From an uncultured Clostridium sp. (GTDB lineage Bacteria > Bacillota > Clostridia > TANB77 > CAG-508): a stretch of 64,000 nt of DNA. The stretch covers positions 121,976 to 185,975 of the forward strand of contig CANDIF010000001.1 in the NCBI GenBank assembly GCA_947384775.1. Direction: 5' to 3'. Made by a program: the position numbers and the translations under genes. The notes under the pieces were generated by a model. That model did not search any database. It was not told the DNA's origin and was given only the letters and a program-made list of their open reading frames with translations. The stretch's first letter is position 1; each line of letters opens with the position of its first letter. Of the stretch, positions 40,296 through 50,858 are shown piece by piece.

Positions 40296-40316
40296 TTTTT
40301 TTTATTTTTTTGTAGA

Positions 40317-42233
40317 TTAGCGTCCACCGCAACCGTCCACCTCCGGCCACCGGCCTCCGCCTCCACCAGAGAATCCGCCTCCACCACCGGTTCCTGATGA
40401 ATAACTACTATACATATTTGATGTTGATGAATTAATACTACTAATGAAATTTGTATTGAAATTTCCCCCACTATAAAGTGTTCCTAGTATTATCATATTG
40501 TTTGTTGTATCTGGATTGCTTAATTCTGGATATTTTATTTTTAATTGCTTTATTACTTTTTCTGCTATACCAAAAGCTGTAGCAAATACTAAAAATCTTT
40601 CCCATAAAATTAAATGTGGTACTTCTTTTTCGTTTAATAATGAAAAATCTAACATGTACTTTTTAAACGCTCTCCACTCTTCTTTTTCATCTATTCCCTT
40701 TTGTGTAAATCCATTATATCTACTAGATAGCTTTCCTGTTAAAATAGCATTTATTCCCATACTAATAACACAAATTGCTCCTGCTATTATTACTGCTATA
40801 AATAGTGTTTCATTTAATATTAAACTGGTTGAAACAAGTATTATTGGAACAGCTCCAATTCCTATAATCATAAATGCAAAGAAAGCATAAAGAAATGTTA
40901 TAACACTGAAATTTGTACCTTTTTTTTCTATTTCTTTTTTGAACTTATCTTTCTCTTCTGCATATTTTTTAGCAGAGTTTTGAAATTCTTTTTCTATTTT
41001 AGTAACTGCTGTTGGATGTTTTTCTACATATTTTTCTAGCTGTTTCATTGTAAAAGTGTTATTTGCTTCCTTTTCTTTAACTTTAAATAGTAAGTTCATA
41101 ACTTCTTTTTCGTCTTCTTTTAAAGCACTTATATTTTCATTCTGTATCGTTACATAAATATTTTTTTCTTCTTGTTTAAATTCAATATATTTTTTTAATG
41201 CTAAATTTAAAAGGGTTGCAGAAAGTGCTTTTGATGTATCTACATGCTTTGAAAGTATAAACATTGCTTCTGCTGGATTTGCATTTTCATCTGGTAAATC
41301 TCTGTAATATTCTAAATTTTTCGTTGGCAATATTTTTTTACTGTTTTTTAGTTTTTTAGAATATTTAGGAATTTTTGTAATACATACTAATGAAATTAAT
41401 CCTAAAACTACAAGTTCTGCTCCTAACACTATATTTGAGATTAGTTCTCTTTTCTTTCTTTGTTTATTTGCTTCTTCAGCCCATTTAATTTCTTCATCTT
41501 CTATATCTTCTAATTTGTCATCATAACTTGTATAATTTAAATCTTCGAAAACATATGTTGGCGTTACTATTCTTACTTCAATAAAATGTTTAGCTCTGTA
41601 CTTAGATAACTCAAATTTTACAGTATTACCATCAGTTGCATATATTTCTCCATTTAGGTCTTCAGTGTGCCCCCATACTTTTATATCTTCTTTCTCTGCC
41701 ATAGAATATGGAAGTTTTATTGTTCCAGTAATTTTGTCTGCTGGTATTTCAGCATCATCTCCAAGGAATTGCCAATATAATTCGCTACAGTCTCCATATT
41801 TATGTATTACATCTAGTACAGTATATCTAATCTCATATTTTCTAGTAGCACTGCTGTTATCTAATCCTACTCCCCATGAAACTTCATATTGACCGTCATT
41901 GTTTATTCCACCAAAGTAAAAATCTTTTGGTAAGTGATATGCCCAATTATGTTTTTCTTTAAAATAATTGTTTCTACCTGAAGTAATTTCTTTTACTGAA
42001 AAGTTTGTTATTGAGTCATATTTACTTTTATCTATCTTCATAGTTTTATATAAAGTATTTGTCTCTGATATGTATATGTCCCATGTTTCAATAACATCCA
42101 TACTTCCATCAGAATTTAGTTGTACATTGAAATCTAAATTGTTAAATTTTAAAGTTGCCTCTACATTTGTATTCCCTAATAATATTATTAATATAGTTCC
42201 AATTAATAATAATATCATTTTTTTTAATTTCAT
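40317..42233 (-). CDS. DUF2207-like membrane protein (secreted N-domain, TM helices, Gly-rich C-terminus)
   Basis: 638 aa; signal peptide, internal TM cluster, C-terminal SGTGGGGGFSGGGGG. Confidence 0.55.
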   Translation of the reverse strand: MKLKKMILLLIGTILIILLGNTNVEATLKFNNLDFNVQLNSDGSMDVIETWDIYISETNTLYKTMKIDKSKYDSITNFSVKEITSGRNNYFKEKHNWAYHLPKDFYFGGINNDGQYEVSWGVGLDNSSATRKYEIRYTVLDVIHKYGDCSELYWQFLGDDAEIPADKITGTIKLPYSMAEKEDIKVWGHTEDLNGEIYATDGNTVKFELSKYRAKHFIEVRIVTPTYVFEDLNYTSYDDKLEDIEDEEIKWAEEANKQRKKRELISNIVLGAELVVLGLISLVCITKIPKYSKKLKNSKKILPTKNLEYYRDLPDENANPAEAMFILSKHVDTSKALSATLLNLALKKYIEFKQEEKNIYVTIQNENISALKEDEKEVMNLLFKVKEKEANNTFTMKQLEKYVEKHPTAVTKIEKEFQNSAKKYAEEKDKFKKEIEKKGTNFSVITFLYAFFAFMIIGIGAVPIILVSTSLILNETLFIAVIIAGAICVISMGINAILTGKLSSRYNGFTQKGIDEKEEWRAFKKYMLDFSLLNEKEVPHLILWERFLVFATAFGIAEKVIKQLKIKYPELSNPDTTNNMIILGTLYSGGNFNTNFISSINSSTSNMYSSYSSGTGGGGGFSGGGGGRWPEVDGCGGR

Positions 42234-42269
42234 AATATCACCCTTAATTAAATTCTTTTGTACTGAATT

Positions 42270-43487
42270 TTATATTTCTATTTTTCTGAAATTTTTCTTT
42301 CCTCTTGCCAATACTATTCCTTTTTTTAATTCTTCTTCAGTAATTTGTTTGTTCATTTCAGTTACTTTTTCTCCATCTATTGCTACTCCACCTTGTTCTA
42401 TTGCACGTCTTGCTTCTGATTTTGATGGTACAAGTTCAGCTTTTACTAGTAAATCTAGTATGCTTATTTTGTTGTCTGTTAACTCACTTGTTTCCAATTT
42501 TACAGTAGGCATATCTGCTGAATATCCTTTACTGAATATTTCTCTTGAAGCTTTTTGTGCTTTTTCTGCCTCTTCTTCACTGTGTACTAATTTTGTTAAT
42601 TCATATGCTAATATTTCTTTTGCTTCGTTTAATTTACTTCCTTCCCATTTATCCATTTCATCTATCTGCTCTAATGGTAAAAAAGTAAGCATTCTTATAC
42701 ATTTTAGTACATCTGCGTCTGCAATATTCCTCCAATATTGATAAAATTCAAATGGTGATGTTTTGTTTGGATCTAACCATACTGCTCCACTTTGTGTTTT
42801 TCCCATTTTCTTTCCTTCTGAGTTTAATAACAGATTAATTGTCATTGCTGAGGCATCTTTTCCTAATTTTCTTCTAATTAATTCTGTTCCTCCTAGCATA
42901 TTACTCCATTGGTCATCTCCACCAAATTGTAGATTACAATTATATTTTTCAAATAATTGTAAAAAGTCATAACTTTGCATTATCATGTAATTAAATTCTA
43001 AAAAGCTTAATCCTTTTTCCATTCTTTGTTTGTAGCATTCAGCTGTAAGCATTCTATTTACTGAAAAATGTGGTCCTATGTCTCTTAATACTTCTATATA
43101 TTTTAGATTATTTAACCAGTCTGCATTATTTACAAGTATTGCTTTATCATCTGAAAAATCTATAAATTTACTAATTTGCTTTTTAAAGCATTCTATATTA
43201 TGAGCTATTGTTTCTTCTGTCATCATTTGTCTCATATCTGTCCTACCTGATGGATCTCCTATCATTCCTGTTCCTCCACCAAGTAAAGCAATTGGTTTAT
43301 TTCCTGCCATCTGTAGTCTTTTCATTAAACATAATGCCATAAAATGTCCCACATGTAAACTATCTGCAGTAGGATCAAATCCAATATAAAAAATTGCTTT
43401 CCCTTCATTTATTAAATCTCTTACGACGTCTTCGTCTGTTACTTGTGCTATTAATCCTCTTGCTTTTAGTTCTTCATATATTTTCAT
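42270..43487 (-). CDS. tyrS: Tyrosyl-tRNA synthetase
   Basis: 405 aa; HVGH and KMGKT class I motifs, C-terminal S4 domain. Confidence 0.95.
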   Translation of the reverse strand: MKIYEELKARGLIAQVTDEDVVRDLINEGKAIFYIGFDPTADSLHVGHFMALCLMKRLQMAGNKPIALLGGGTGMIGDPSGRTDMRQMMTEETIAHNIECFKKQISKFIDFSDDKAILVNNADWLNNLKYIEVLRDIGPHFSVNRMLTAECYKQRMEKGLSFLEFNYMIMQSYDFLQLFEKYNCNLQFGGDDQWSNMLGGTELIRRKLGKDASAMTINLLLNSEGKKMGKTQSGAVWLDPNKTSPFEFYQYWRNIADADVLKCIRMLTFLPLEQIDEMDKWEGSKLNEAKEILAYELTKLVHSEEEAEKAQKASREIFSKGYSADMPTVKLETSELTDNKISILDLLVKAELVPSKSEARRAIEQGGVAIDGEKVTEMNKQITEEELKKGIVLARGKKNFRKIEI

Positions 43488-43640
43488 TTACTCTCACCTC
43501 TCCTAATATTTTACCGAATTATATCATTTTAGGAACATTATTGCAACATAAAACATATATTATTTTTACATAATATATTGAATTTTTTTTATTTACAGTA
43601 TATAATTTATGTGACTTTAAAGAAAGGTTAGAGTGATGTT

Positions 43641-45026
43641 ATGAATGTAAGTAATATAGAAAATCTAAAACAATATAAACATATACATCTAATTGGTATT
43701 GGTGGAATAAGCATGAGTGCTATCGCTGAAGTTTTACATAACTTAGGTATCTTTGTTACTGGTTCAGATTGTAATAGAAGTAAAATTACAGATAAACTTG
43801 CAAGCCATGGAATATATGTTTCTATAGGTCATAACACCAATTTAGTTGAAAAATCTGATTTTGTAATCTATTCTGCTGCAATAAAACAAGATGACCCTGA
43901 AATTATTTGTGCAAAAACAAACAATATTCCTATTGTTGAAAGAGCTGATTTTGTAGGTTTTTTAACTAGAATATATGATAATACAATTGGAATTGCTGGA
44001 ACTCATGGTAAAACTACCACTACATCTATGATTGCTTTGTGCTTTATAGAAGCTAAATTAGACCCTAATGTACAAGTAGGTGCAATTTTAAAAGAACTTG
44101 ATAGTAATTATAGAGTTGGAAATAGTGATTATTTCATTCTTGAAGCTTGTGAATATGTTGAAAGCTTTTTGAAGTTTTCTCCTCAAAGCACAATTGTTAC
44201 AAATATAGATAATGACCATTTAGATTATTTTAAAACATATGATAATATAAAAAATGCATTTAATAAATATGTAAATTTACTCCCTAAAGATGGCTTTCTA
44301 GTAACAAATGGTGATGATATTGATTGTTTAGAATTACGAAAAAGTACTGTAGCTAAAATGATAACTTTTGGTATCCAAAATGATAAATGCAATTTTATTG
44401 CAAGAAATATTAGATACAATGAAGATGGATTTCCTATATTTGATGTGTACCATAATAATACATATTTTGGGGAATTTAAATTATCTGTTCCTGGTGTACA
44501 TAATGTTTACAATGCATTGGCATGTATTGGACTATGCATTTCTTATGGAATTGAAAAACATATTATCAAAGCAGCATTAGCAAAGTTTACTGGTGCTAGT
44601 CGTAGATTTGAACTTGTTGGTTCTTATTCTGACATAAATGTTTATGATGATTATGCTCATCACCCTAGTGAAGTATTAGCAACTGCAAAAGCAATGAAAA
44701 ATAAAAATTATCGTCAGTCTTGGGTAATTTTTCAACCACATACATACAGTAGAACTAAAGAGCTTTTAGATGATTTTGCAGAATCATTATTAAATTTTGA
44801 TAATGTGATAATTACTGATATCTATGCTGCTAGAGAAACTAATACTTACGGAGTTTCTTCTAAAGATTTAGTAGCCAAAATTAATGAATTAGGAAAAAGT
44901 GCTATTTATATTTCAGACTTTAATGATATTGCAAAATATATTAAATCACATGCTTGCCCTCATGATATTGTTTTAACTCTAGGAGCTGGAACAGTAACTA
45001 ATGTAGGTGCAAAAATTTTAACTTAG
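43641..45026 (+). CDS. murC: UDP-N-acetylmuramate--L-alanine ligase
   Basis: 461 aa; GIGGISMS N-terminus, GTHGKTTT P-loop. Confidence 0.95.
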   Translation: MNVSNIENLKQYKHIHLIGIGGISMSAIAEVLHNLGIFVTGSDCNRSKITDKLASHGIYVSIGHNTNLVEKSDFVIYSAAIKQDDPEIICAKTNNIPIVERADFVGFLTRIYDNTIGIAGTHGKTTTTSMIALCFIEAKLDPNVQVGAILKELDSNYRVGNSDYFILEACEYVESFLKFSPQSTIVTNIDNDHLDYFKTYDNIKNAFNKYVNLLPKDGFLVTNGDDIDCLELRKSTVAKMITFGIQNDKCNFIARNIRYNEDGFPIFDVYHNNTYFGEFKLSVPGVHNVYNALACIGLCISYGIEKHIIKAALAKFTGASRRFELVGSYSDINVYDDYAHHPSEVLATAKAMKNKNYRQSWVIFQPHTYSRTKELLDDFAESLLNFDNVIITDIYAARETNTYGVSSKDLVAKINELGKSAIYISDFNDIAKYIKSHACPHDIVLTLGAGTVTNVGAKILT

Positions 45027-45055
45027 AAATTTAATTCAAATGGAAAATTATTCTG

Positions 45056-45077
45056 CGGGCGATTACTAATCGCCCCT
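45056..45077 (+). terminator. Hairpin terminator after murC
   Basis: gggcgatt-acta-atcgccc + ctactttt. Confidence 0.5.
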
Positions 45078-45099
45078 ACTTTTAATAAAATAAAAATAA

Positions 45100-45135
45100 G
45101 CTTGAAATGTTTAATGTTTCAAGCTTATTTTTATT
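45100..45135. terminator. Bidirectional hairpin terminator (murC / histidine kinase convergent)
   Basis: aagcttgaaa-tgtttaatg-tttcaagctt flanked by T-runs. Confidence 0.55.
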
Positions 45136-45214
45136 TTATTATTCCTATAATTTTATTGTAAATTTTGTTCCCTTAGGTTCATTATTATTTACTTTTATAC
45201 TTCCTCCATGAAGT

Positions 45215-46387
45215 TTAACTATAGTTTGTGCAATCGCTAGTCCGAAGTCCTGTTCCTCCTGTTTCTCTACTACGTGCTTTATCGGCTCTATAAAATCTTT
45301 CAAATATATGCTTTTTCTGTTCTTCTCCTATTCCAATTCCTGTATCTGAAACTATTATATTGCATTTGCCGTCTTTTCCTGTATATGTTGAAATTTTTAC
45401 TTCTTCACCTTCTGCTGTATACTTTATTGCATTATCTAATAATATTACTATTAATTGTGAAATTTTACTCGCATCTAAATTTACTATTTTATTACTATTT
45501 AATTCCATTGTTAAGGTTTTCTTTTGTAAATTTGCATATTCTACATATGGCACTGTAACTTCTTTTATTAATTTATCTATATTTACTGGTTCTTTGCTTA
45601 GTTTCAAATCATTAGAATCTGCTGTCGCTAATAACATTAGCTCTTTTACTAATCTTCCTAATCTTCTAGTTTCATTTATTGTTAAATTAATATCTTCTGA
45701 TTTTTCAATAATTTTGCTCTCAGGCTCTTGGAGTAAAAGCTGCTGTTTTGCTTGTATTATTGTCAAAGGTGTCCTTAATTCATGTGCAGCATTTTGTACA
45801 AATTCAGTTTGTTTTTTATAATTTATTATCACTGATTTTAAAGTTTTTCTAGCTAAAAAATACCCTATCAAAATAGAACTTGTCATAATAATTAAACTTG
45901 TACCAAATAATCTTGTCTTTAAATTCTGAAGTGTTAATATTTCGCCATCTACATTTGTTAATACTTGCAAATATACTTTTTCATTTGTTTTTACATTATA
46001 TCCTAATGTTGTTAGTCCTCTATAATTATATTGATTATTTACTTTTAATGTATAAATTGTGTTCAAGTTTTTTGAATCAAATTCAACTAAGTCAAAATAG
46101 TCATCATATAAACGACCTAAGCTATTTTGATTTAAAATATGTCCTTCCATATCTCTTATTACATATATAGTTCTTGGGTTTATTTCAAAAGAGTTTTCTT
46201 CATCAGTAATGCTTTTAAGTTCTTCATCAATGTCCTCATATAACATTGTTTCAACTCTTTTATATATTACGACATTAAATATTAAAACAAGTATAGTGAA
46301 TGATAAAAAAGTAGAAAATGTATTTTTTAATAATTCTCCTCTTAATATTTTCTTTTCTTCCATTTGCGTTGATAAATCCTTTCTCAA
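45215..46387 (-). CDS. Sensor histidine kinase; 3' end disrupted by an apparent +1 frameshift. Intact frame would extend to 45145
   Basis: 390 aa; 2 TM, HisKA (AHELRTPLT), HATPase_c. ORF ends GGTGLRTSDCTNYS*. The -1 frame from ~45243 reads GLGLAIAQTIVKLHGGSIKVNNNEPKGTKFTIKL*, the expected G2-box/C-terminus. Confidence 0.8.
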   Translation of the reverse strand: MRKDLSTQMEEKKILRGELLKNTFSTFLSFTILVLIFNVVIYKRVETMLYEDIDEELKSITDEENSFEINPRTIYVIRDMEGHILNQNSLGRLYDDYFDLVEFDSKNLNTIYTLKVNNQYNYRGLTTLGYNVKTNEKVYLQVLTNVDGEILTLQNLKTRLFGTSLIIMTSSILIGYFLARKTLKSVIINYKKQTEFVQNAAHELRTPLTIIQAKQQLLLQEPESKIIEKSEDINLTINETRRLGRLVKELMLLATADSNDLKLSKEPVNIDKLIKEVTVPYVEYANLQKKTLTMELNSNKIVNLDASKISQLIVILLDNAIKYTAEGEEVKISTYTGKDGKCNIIVSDTGIGIGEEQKKHIFERFYRADKARSRETGGTGLRTSDCTNYS

Positions 46388-46394
46388 ATATCAT

Positions 46395-47063
46395 TTATTC
46401 ATTAATAATATACCCTACTCCTCTAATTGTTTTTATATATTTATCATATCCATATTTTTTTAACGTCTTTCTTAATCCACTTGCGTATACTTCTACAACA
46501 TTTGTAGTAGTATATGAGTCAAATCCCCATATTTTATCAAAAATTTGCTCTTTTGTTACAATTGTGTTTTTTGAAGATATTAAGTATTCTAAAATGTCAA
46601 ATTGTTTTCCTTGCAAAGTTAGTTCTTTCCCTTTTATCAATACTTGTCTGTTTTGTAAATTTATTTGCATATCTTTAAATTCTAATATTTGAGTATTATA
46701 ATTGCCACTACTTCTTCTTATAATTGCTTCTAATCTTGCTATTAATTCTTCTGTTTCAAATGGTTTAACTAAATAATCATCTGCTCCATATCTAAAGCCT
46801 TTTACCTTATCTGAAACAGAATCTTTTGCTGTTAATATTAGTACTGGTGTAAAAACATTATTCGCTCTTAGTTTTAGTAATACATCATACCCAGACATTT
46901 CTGGTAACATTAAATCTAATATGATTGCATCATAAATACCTTCTTTTGCATATGTATATCCCTCATATCCATCAAAAGCTTGCTCTGTCTGAAATTTCTT
47001 ACATATGCATTGTTTTATTGTATCTGACAAAATTTTTTCATCTTCAATTATTAAGATTTTCAT
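46395..47063 (-). CDS. OmpR-family DNA-binding response regulator
   Basis: 222 aa; receiver with phospho-Asp (ILDLMLP) and winged-helix output. Confidence 0.9.
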   Translation of the reverse strand: MKILIIEDEKILSDTIKQCICKKFQTEQAFDGYEGYTYAKEGIYDAIILDLMLPEMSGYDVLLKLRANNVFTPVLILTAKDSVSDKVKGFRYGADDYLVKPFETEELIARLEAIIRRSSGNYNTQILEFKDMQINLQNRQVLIKGKELTLQGKQFDILEYLISSKNTIVTKEQIFDKIWGFDSYTTTNVVEVYASGLRKTLKKYGYDKYIKTIRGVGYIINE

Positions 47064-47117
47064 ATTATCAATTCCTTTCTTTAGGTATAAATAATATCAC
47101 TAAAAAATTAAAAGATA

Positions 47118-47142
47118 ATTAAAAATTCCCTTTTGGGAATTT
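47118..47142. terminator. Bidirectional hairpin terminator at the 3' end of rnpB
   Basis: aaaaattccc-tttt-gggaatttttt. Confidence 0.6.
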
Positions 47143-47478
47143 TTTAGAAGTATATCTATAAGCCGGGTTCTGTCTAGAGCAGTCATTTATCTAGTATATA
47201 TATTACTATATATCTCAAGCCACCAATTTAGAAGATGACGGGCAATCTTATCCTTCTTTTTAGGTGTTGCTCCGGATGGGGTTTACATTGACCTAACATG
47301 TCTCCATATTAGCGGTAAGCTCTTACCTCACCTTTTCACCATTGCTATAAAATAGCTGTTATTTTCTGTTGCACTTTCCTTAAGGTTTCCCTCACTGGAC
47401 GTTATCCAGCATCCTTGCCTTGTGGAGCCCGGACTTTCCTCATATAGACCCTTGCGAGTTTTATACGCGACTGCTTAA
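47139..47478 (-). ncRNA. rnpB: RNase P RNA (M1 RNA)
   Basis: Minus-strand read contains universal P4 strands GAGGAAAGTCCGGGCTCC (near 5') and ACAGAACCCGGCTTA (near 3'), also GGTGAGGTAAGAGCTTACC and GGGAAACCTTAAGGAAAGTGCAACAGAAAA. 5'/3' ends can pair as P1. Confidence 0.8.
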
Positions 47479-47508
47479 TATACTCCATTTATTATTGTAA
47501 ACATTATT

Positions 47509-49461
47509 TTACGAAATGTCAAGATTTCTTAGCCATAAATTGTAACTTGCATCGCTTGGCATTCTTAAATCTCCTCTTGGTGATAGACTTACTGTGCCTA
47601 CTTTTGGTCCATCTGGTACACAATTTCTTTTAAATTGCTGTGTGAAAAATCTTTTTATAAATAGGCTTAGTTTCTCTTTTATTTCATTTTCGCTATATTG
47701 ATTTTTAAATGTTTCTTTTGCTATAAATACTAGCTTTTCTGGTGTTGTTCCATATCTAAAAAAGTGATATAAAAAGAAATCATTCAAAAGATATGGTCCT
47801 ACTTCCTTTTCTGTTAATTGTGATATCTTATTATCCTTATCAGTTGGTAATAATTCTGGCGATATTGGAGTTTCTAATATATTATATAATGTATTCTTTA
47901 TGTTTTCATTAGAATTTGTATCTGCAATATATTTTATTAAATATTTTATTAAGGTTTTAGGTATGCCACTATTTATTCCATACATGCTCATATGATCTCC
48001 ATTATATGTACACCATCCCAAGGCTAATTCCGATAGATCTCCTGTTCCGAGAACTATTCCACCTTCTTTATTTGCTATATCCATTAAAATCTGTGTTCTC
48101 TCTCTTGCCTGAGCATTTTCATATGTTATATCATATTTTTCTTTTGGTTGTTCTATATCTTCAAAATGAATTTCACATGCATGTTTTATATCTATTTCTT
48201 TAAATGTTGTTTCATATTGTTGTATTAAATCTTTAGCATTTTTTAATGTAGTGTTAGTTGTCCCAAAACCAGGCATAGTTATTGCAATGATATCTTTTTT
48301 ATCTAATCCGAGTATTTCATAAGCTTTTATTGCAACTAAAAATGCTAAACAAGAGTCTAATCCTCCTGATATTCCAACTATTATTTTCTTTGTTGAAATA
48401 TCTTTTATCCTTTTTGCCAAAGCATAACTTTGTATGTTCAGAATCTCATTACATATTGTTATTTTTTTTTTATCATCTGTTGGTACAAATGGAGTTTTTG
48501 AATATTCTCTTGATAAGTTTTCTATATTATCAGCTATTTTAATTTCTATATTTCTATATATTTTGTTTTCATCTTTTGAGTGCATATAACTAATATTTCT
48601 TTGTCTATCATTCATCAATGTTTTTATATCTATTTCTGTAAATATCATATTACTTTTAAAATTAAACTCTTCATTTTCTTTTAATAAATTTCCGTTTTCA
48701 TATATCATGGATTGTCCTGAAAATACCATGTCTGTAGTAGATTCATTTACTCCTGCTGAAGAATAAATATATGCTGATATTGTTTTTGCTGATTGCATTT
48801 TTACTAGATTTCTTCTATACTCACTTTTTCCCAATGTGCTATTGCTTGCTGATAAATTGAAAATTATATTTGCACCATTTAATGCATAATTATTACTTGG
48901 AGGATTTACTACCCATAAATCTTCACAAATTTCTATTGCAAAACACATTTCCTTATCTTCTATATCTTTAAATAACAAATCTGTACCAAACGGAACTTCA
49001 TAATCTAATAATTTGATATTTTTCTGAACAAAGTTTTTCCCTGATGTAAACCATCTATCTTCGTAAAACTCTTCATAATTTGGAATGTATGTTTTAGGTA
49101 TTACTCCTAAAATTTTTCCATTTTGTATTACTACTGCAACATTAAATAATTGATTTTCTATTCCAAGTGGCATTCCAATTATTACAATTGTATTTAATTT
49201 TTGTGTTGATTCTACAATATCTTTTAAAGCCTTTATAGAATTTTCTATTAATATATCTTGATAAAATAAATCCGCACAACTATATCCTGTTATAGAAAGT
49301 TCTGGAAAGCATAGAATTTGAATTCTATTACTTTCTGCTATTTCTATTTGCTTTATAATTTCTTTACTATTAAATTCTGTATCTGCAACTTTAAGTTCTG
49401 GAGTTACTGCTCCAACTCTTACAAATCCATATTTTTTAAGCATATTTCTCTCCTTTTTCAC
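47509..49461 (-). CDS. nadE: Glutamine-dependent NAD+ synthetase
   Basis: 650 aa; N-terminal carbon-nitrogen hydrolase domain plus C-terminal NAD synthetase domain (SGGLDS). Confidence 0.9.
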   Translation of the reverse strand: MKKERNMLKKYGFVRVGAVTPELKVADTEFNSKEIIKQIEIAESNRIQILCFPELSITGYSCADLFYQDILIENSIKALKDIVESTQKLNTIVIIGMPLGIENQLFNVAVVIQNGKILGVIPKTYIPNYEEFYEDRWFTSGKNFVQKNIKLLDYEVPFGTDLLFKDIEDKEMCFAIEICEDLWVVNPPSNNYALNGANIIFNLSASNSTLGKSEYRRNLVKMQSAKTISAYIYSSAGVNESTTDMVFSGQSMIYENGNLLKENEEFNFKSNMIFTEIDIKTLMNDRQRNISYMHSKDENKIYRNIEIKIADNIENLSREYSKTPFVPTDDKKKITICNEILNIQSYALAKRIKDISTKKIIVGISGGLDSCLAFLVAIKAYEILGLDKKDIIAITMPGFGTTNTTLKNAKDLIQQYETTFKEIDIKHACEIHFEDIEQPKEKYDITYENAQARERTQILMDIANKEGGIVLGTGDLSELALGWCTYNGDHMSMYGINSGIPKTLIKYLIKYIADTNSNENIKNTLYNILETPISPELLPTDKDNKISQLTEKEVGPYLLNDFFLYHFFRYGTTPEKLVFIAKETFKNQYSENEIKEKLSLFIKRFFTQQFKRNCVPDGPKVGTVSLSPRGDLRMPSDASYNLWLRNLDIS

Positions 49462-49580
49462 TTTTGTATTATATCAAATTAACTAAAAAAAGTCTACTAT
49501 TAAAATTTATATATACAAATGTCAAATCTTGTAGTAAAATGTATTTGTATTTATTATTTAAGAAAGGAATGTGATTAAAG

Positions 49581-50150
49581 ATGAGAAAATTAGAAGAAAA
49601 AATACTTGCAGAGGGCATGGCATTAAGTAACTCTATTTTAAAAGTAGATAGCTTTCTAAATCATCAAGTAGATGTAAATTTAATGAAAGAAATTGGAGAA
49701 GAATTTGGGAAATATTTTAAATGTAAAAATATTTCTAAAGTTGTTACAATTGAAAGTTCTGGAATATCTCCTGCTACTATGACAGCTTTATATTTAAATG
49801 TTCCTTTAGTTTTTTTAAAAAAGCAAAAGCCAAATACTTTAAATGATGATATTTTGCAAACTACAGTAAAATCTTTTACTAAAAACGAATCTTATGAACT
49901 TACTGTTTCAAAAAAGTTTATAACTAAAGATGAAAATATTTTAATTATTGATGATTTCTTAGCCAATGGCGAAGCTGCTAATGGTGCTATTAGACTAATA
50001 GAAGAACTTGGAGCTAAAGTTGCTGGAATTGGAATAGTTATAGAAAAATCTTTTCAACCTGGAAGAAAGTCTTTAGATGAAAAAGGTTATGATGTTTATT
50101 CTTTGGCTAGAATTAAAGAATTATCTGATGGGAAAATATTCTTTGAATAG
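49581..50150 (+). CDS. xpt: Xanthine phosphoribosyltransferase
   Basis: 189 aa; PRTase motif [13 protein letters not shown]. Confidence 0.88.
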   Translation: MRKLEEKILAEGMALSNSILKVDSFLNHQVDVNLMKEIGEEFGKYFKCKNISKVVTIESSGISPATMTALYLNVPLVFLKKQKPNTLNDDILQTTVKSFTKNESYELTVSKKFITKDENILIIDDFLANGEAANGAIRLIEELGAKVAGIGIVIEKSFQPGRKSLDEKGYDVYSLARIKELSDGKIFFE

Positions 50151-50155
50151 TAAAA

Positions 50156-50183
50156 AGGGCGATTATAATCGCCCTCACATTTT
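50156..50183 (+). terminator. Hairpin terminator after xpt
   Basis: agggcgatt-ataa-tcgccct + cacatttttt. Near-identical to the hairpin after murC. Confidence 0.55.
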
Positions 50184-50858
50184 TTATAGAAATTCTTTTA
50201 TTATATTAATATCTTCTGCTGTCGTTACTTTAATGTTTGTATAGTCTCCTTCTATAATCTTTACTTTGTAATTACCTTTTTCAAGTAACATGCAATCATC
50301 TGTTACTTCTTCACTTTTAAATTTTTCATGCATATCTAATAATGTTTTTCTATCAAAACATTGTGGAGTTTGTATAATCCATGTGTTACTTCTTTTTGTG
50401 GTACTTGTAATAATATTATTGTCATCTGCTATTTTTATTGTATCTTTTGACTTTACACCTACTGTTGCTCCTTCAAATTTTTCCATACTTTCTATACATT
50501 CTGATATGTATTTTTGTTTTATTGCTGGTCTTGCTCCATCATGAATTATTGCAATGTCAGCACTTGTATGACTTATGCTATTATATACTGATTCTTGTCT
50601 ACTATTTCCACCAATTACTATTTTTACTTCTTTTTTTAAATTTTCTTTTTCTATTATCTTTTTAATTTCCTGCATATCTTGTTCTTTTAGTGTTACTATT
50701 ATATTATCAATATATTTATTCTCATCAAATGCAGTTAAACTGTATGATAGAATTGATTTTCCTTTTACTAATTCTAAATTTTTATTTGTATTTTTCCCAA
50801 ATCTAGTACTATTTCCCGCAACTAATATTATGGCTGTAACGCTTTTTCCATTTATCAT
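50184..50858 (-). CDS. ispD: 2-C-methyl-D-erythritol 4-phosphate cytidylyltransferase
   Basis: 224 aa; AIILVAGNSTRFG nucleotidyltransferase motif. Confidence 0.85.
   Translation of the reverse strand: MINGKSVTAIILVAGNSTRFGKNTNKNLELVKGKSILSYSLTAFDENKYIDNIIVTLKEQDMQEIKKIIEKENLKKEVKIVIGGNSRQESVYNSISHTSADIAIIHDGARPAIKQKYISECIESMEKFEGATVGVKSKDTIKIADDNNIITSTTKRSNTWIIQTPQCFDRKTLLDMHEKFKSEEVTDDCMLLEKGNYKVKIIEGDYTNIKVTTAEDINIIKEFL

Noticed and set aside
43488-43640. Possible T-box upstream of tyrS
   Set aside because: Only ~150 nt, shared with the divergent murC promoter. No conserved T-box sequence.
49462-49580. Purine (guanine) riboswitch upstream of xpt
   Set aside because: The 119-nt leader lacks the conserved CGTATAAT...GGGATATGGCCC...GACTATG purine-aptamer elements.
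45056-50183. Near-identical terminator hairpins gggcgattactaatcgccc (after murC) and gggcgattataatcgccc (after xpt) as a dispersed repeat family
   Set aside because: Only two short copies, both in canonical terminator positions. Probably convergent simple terminators, though a small repeat family cannot be excluded without a genome-wide search.
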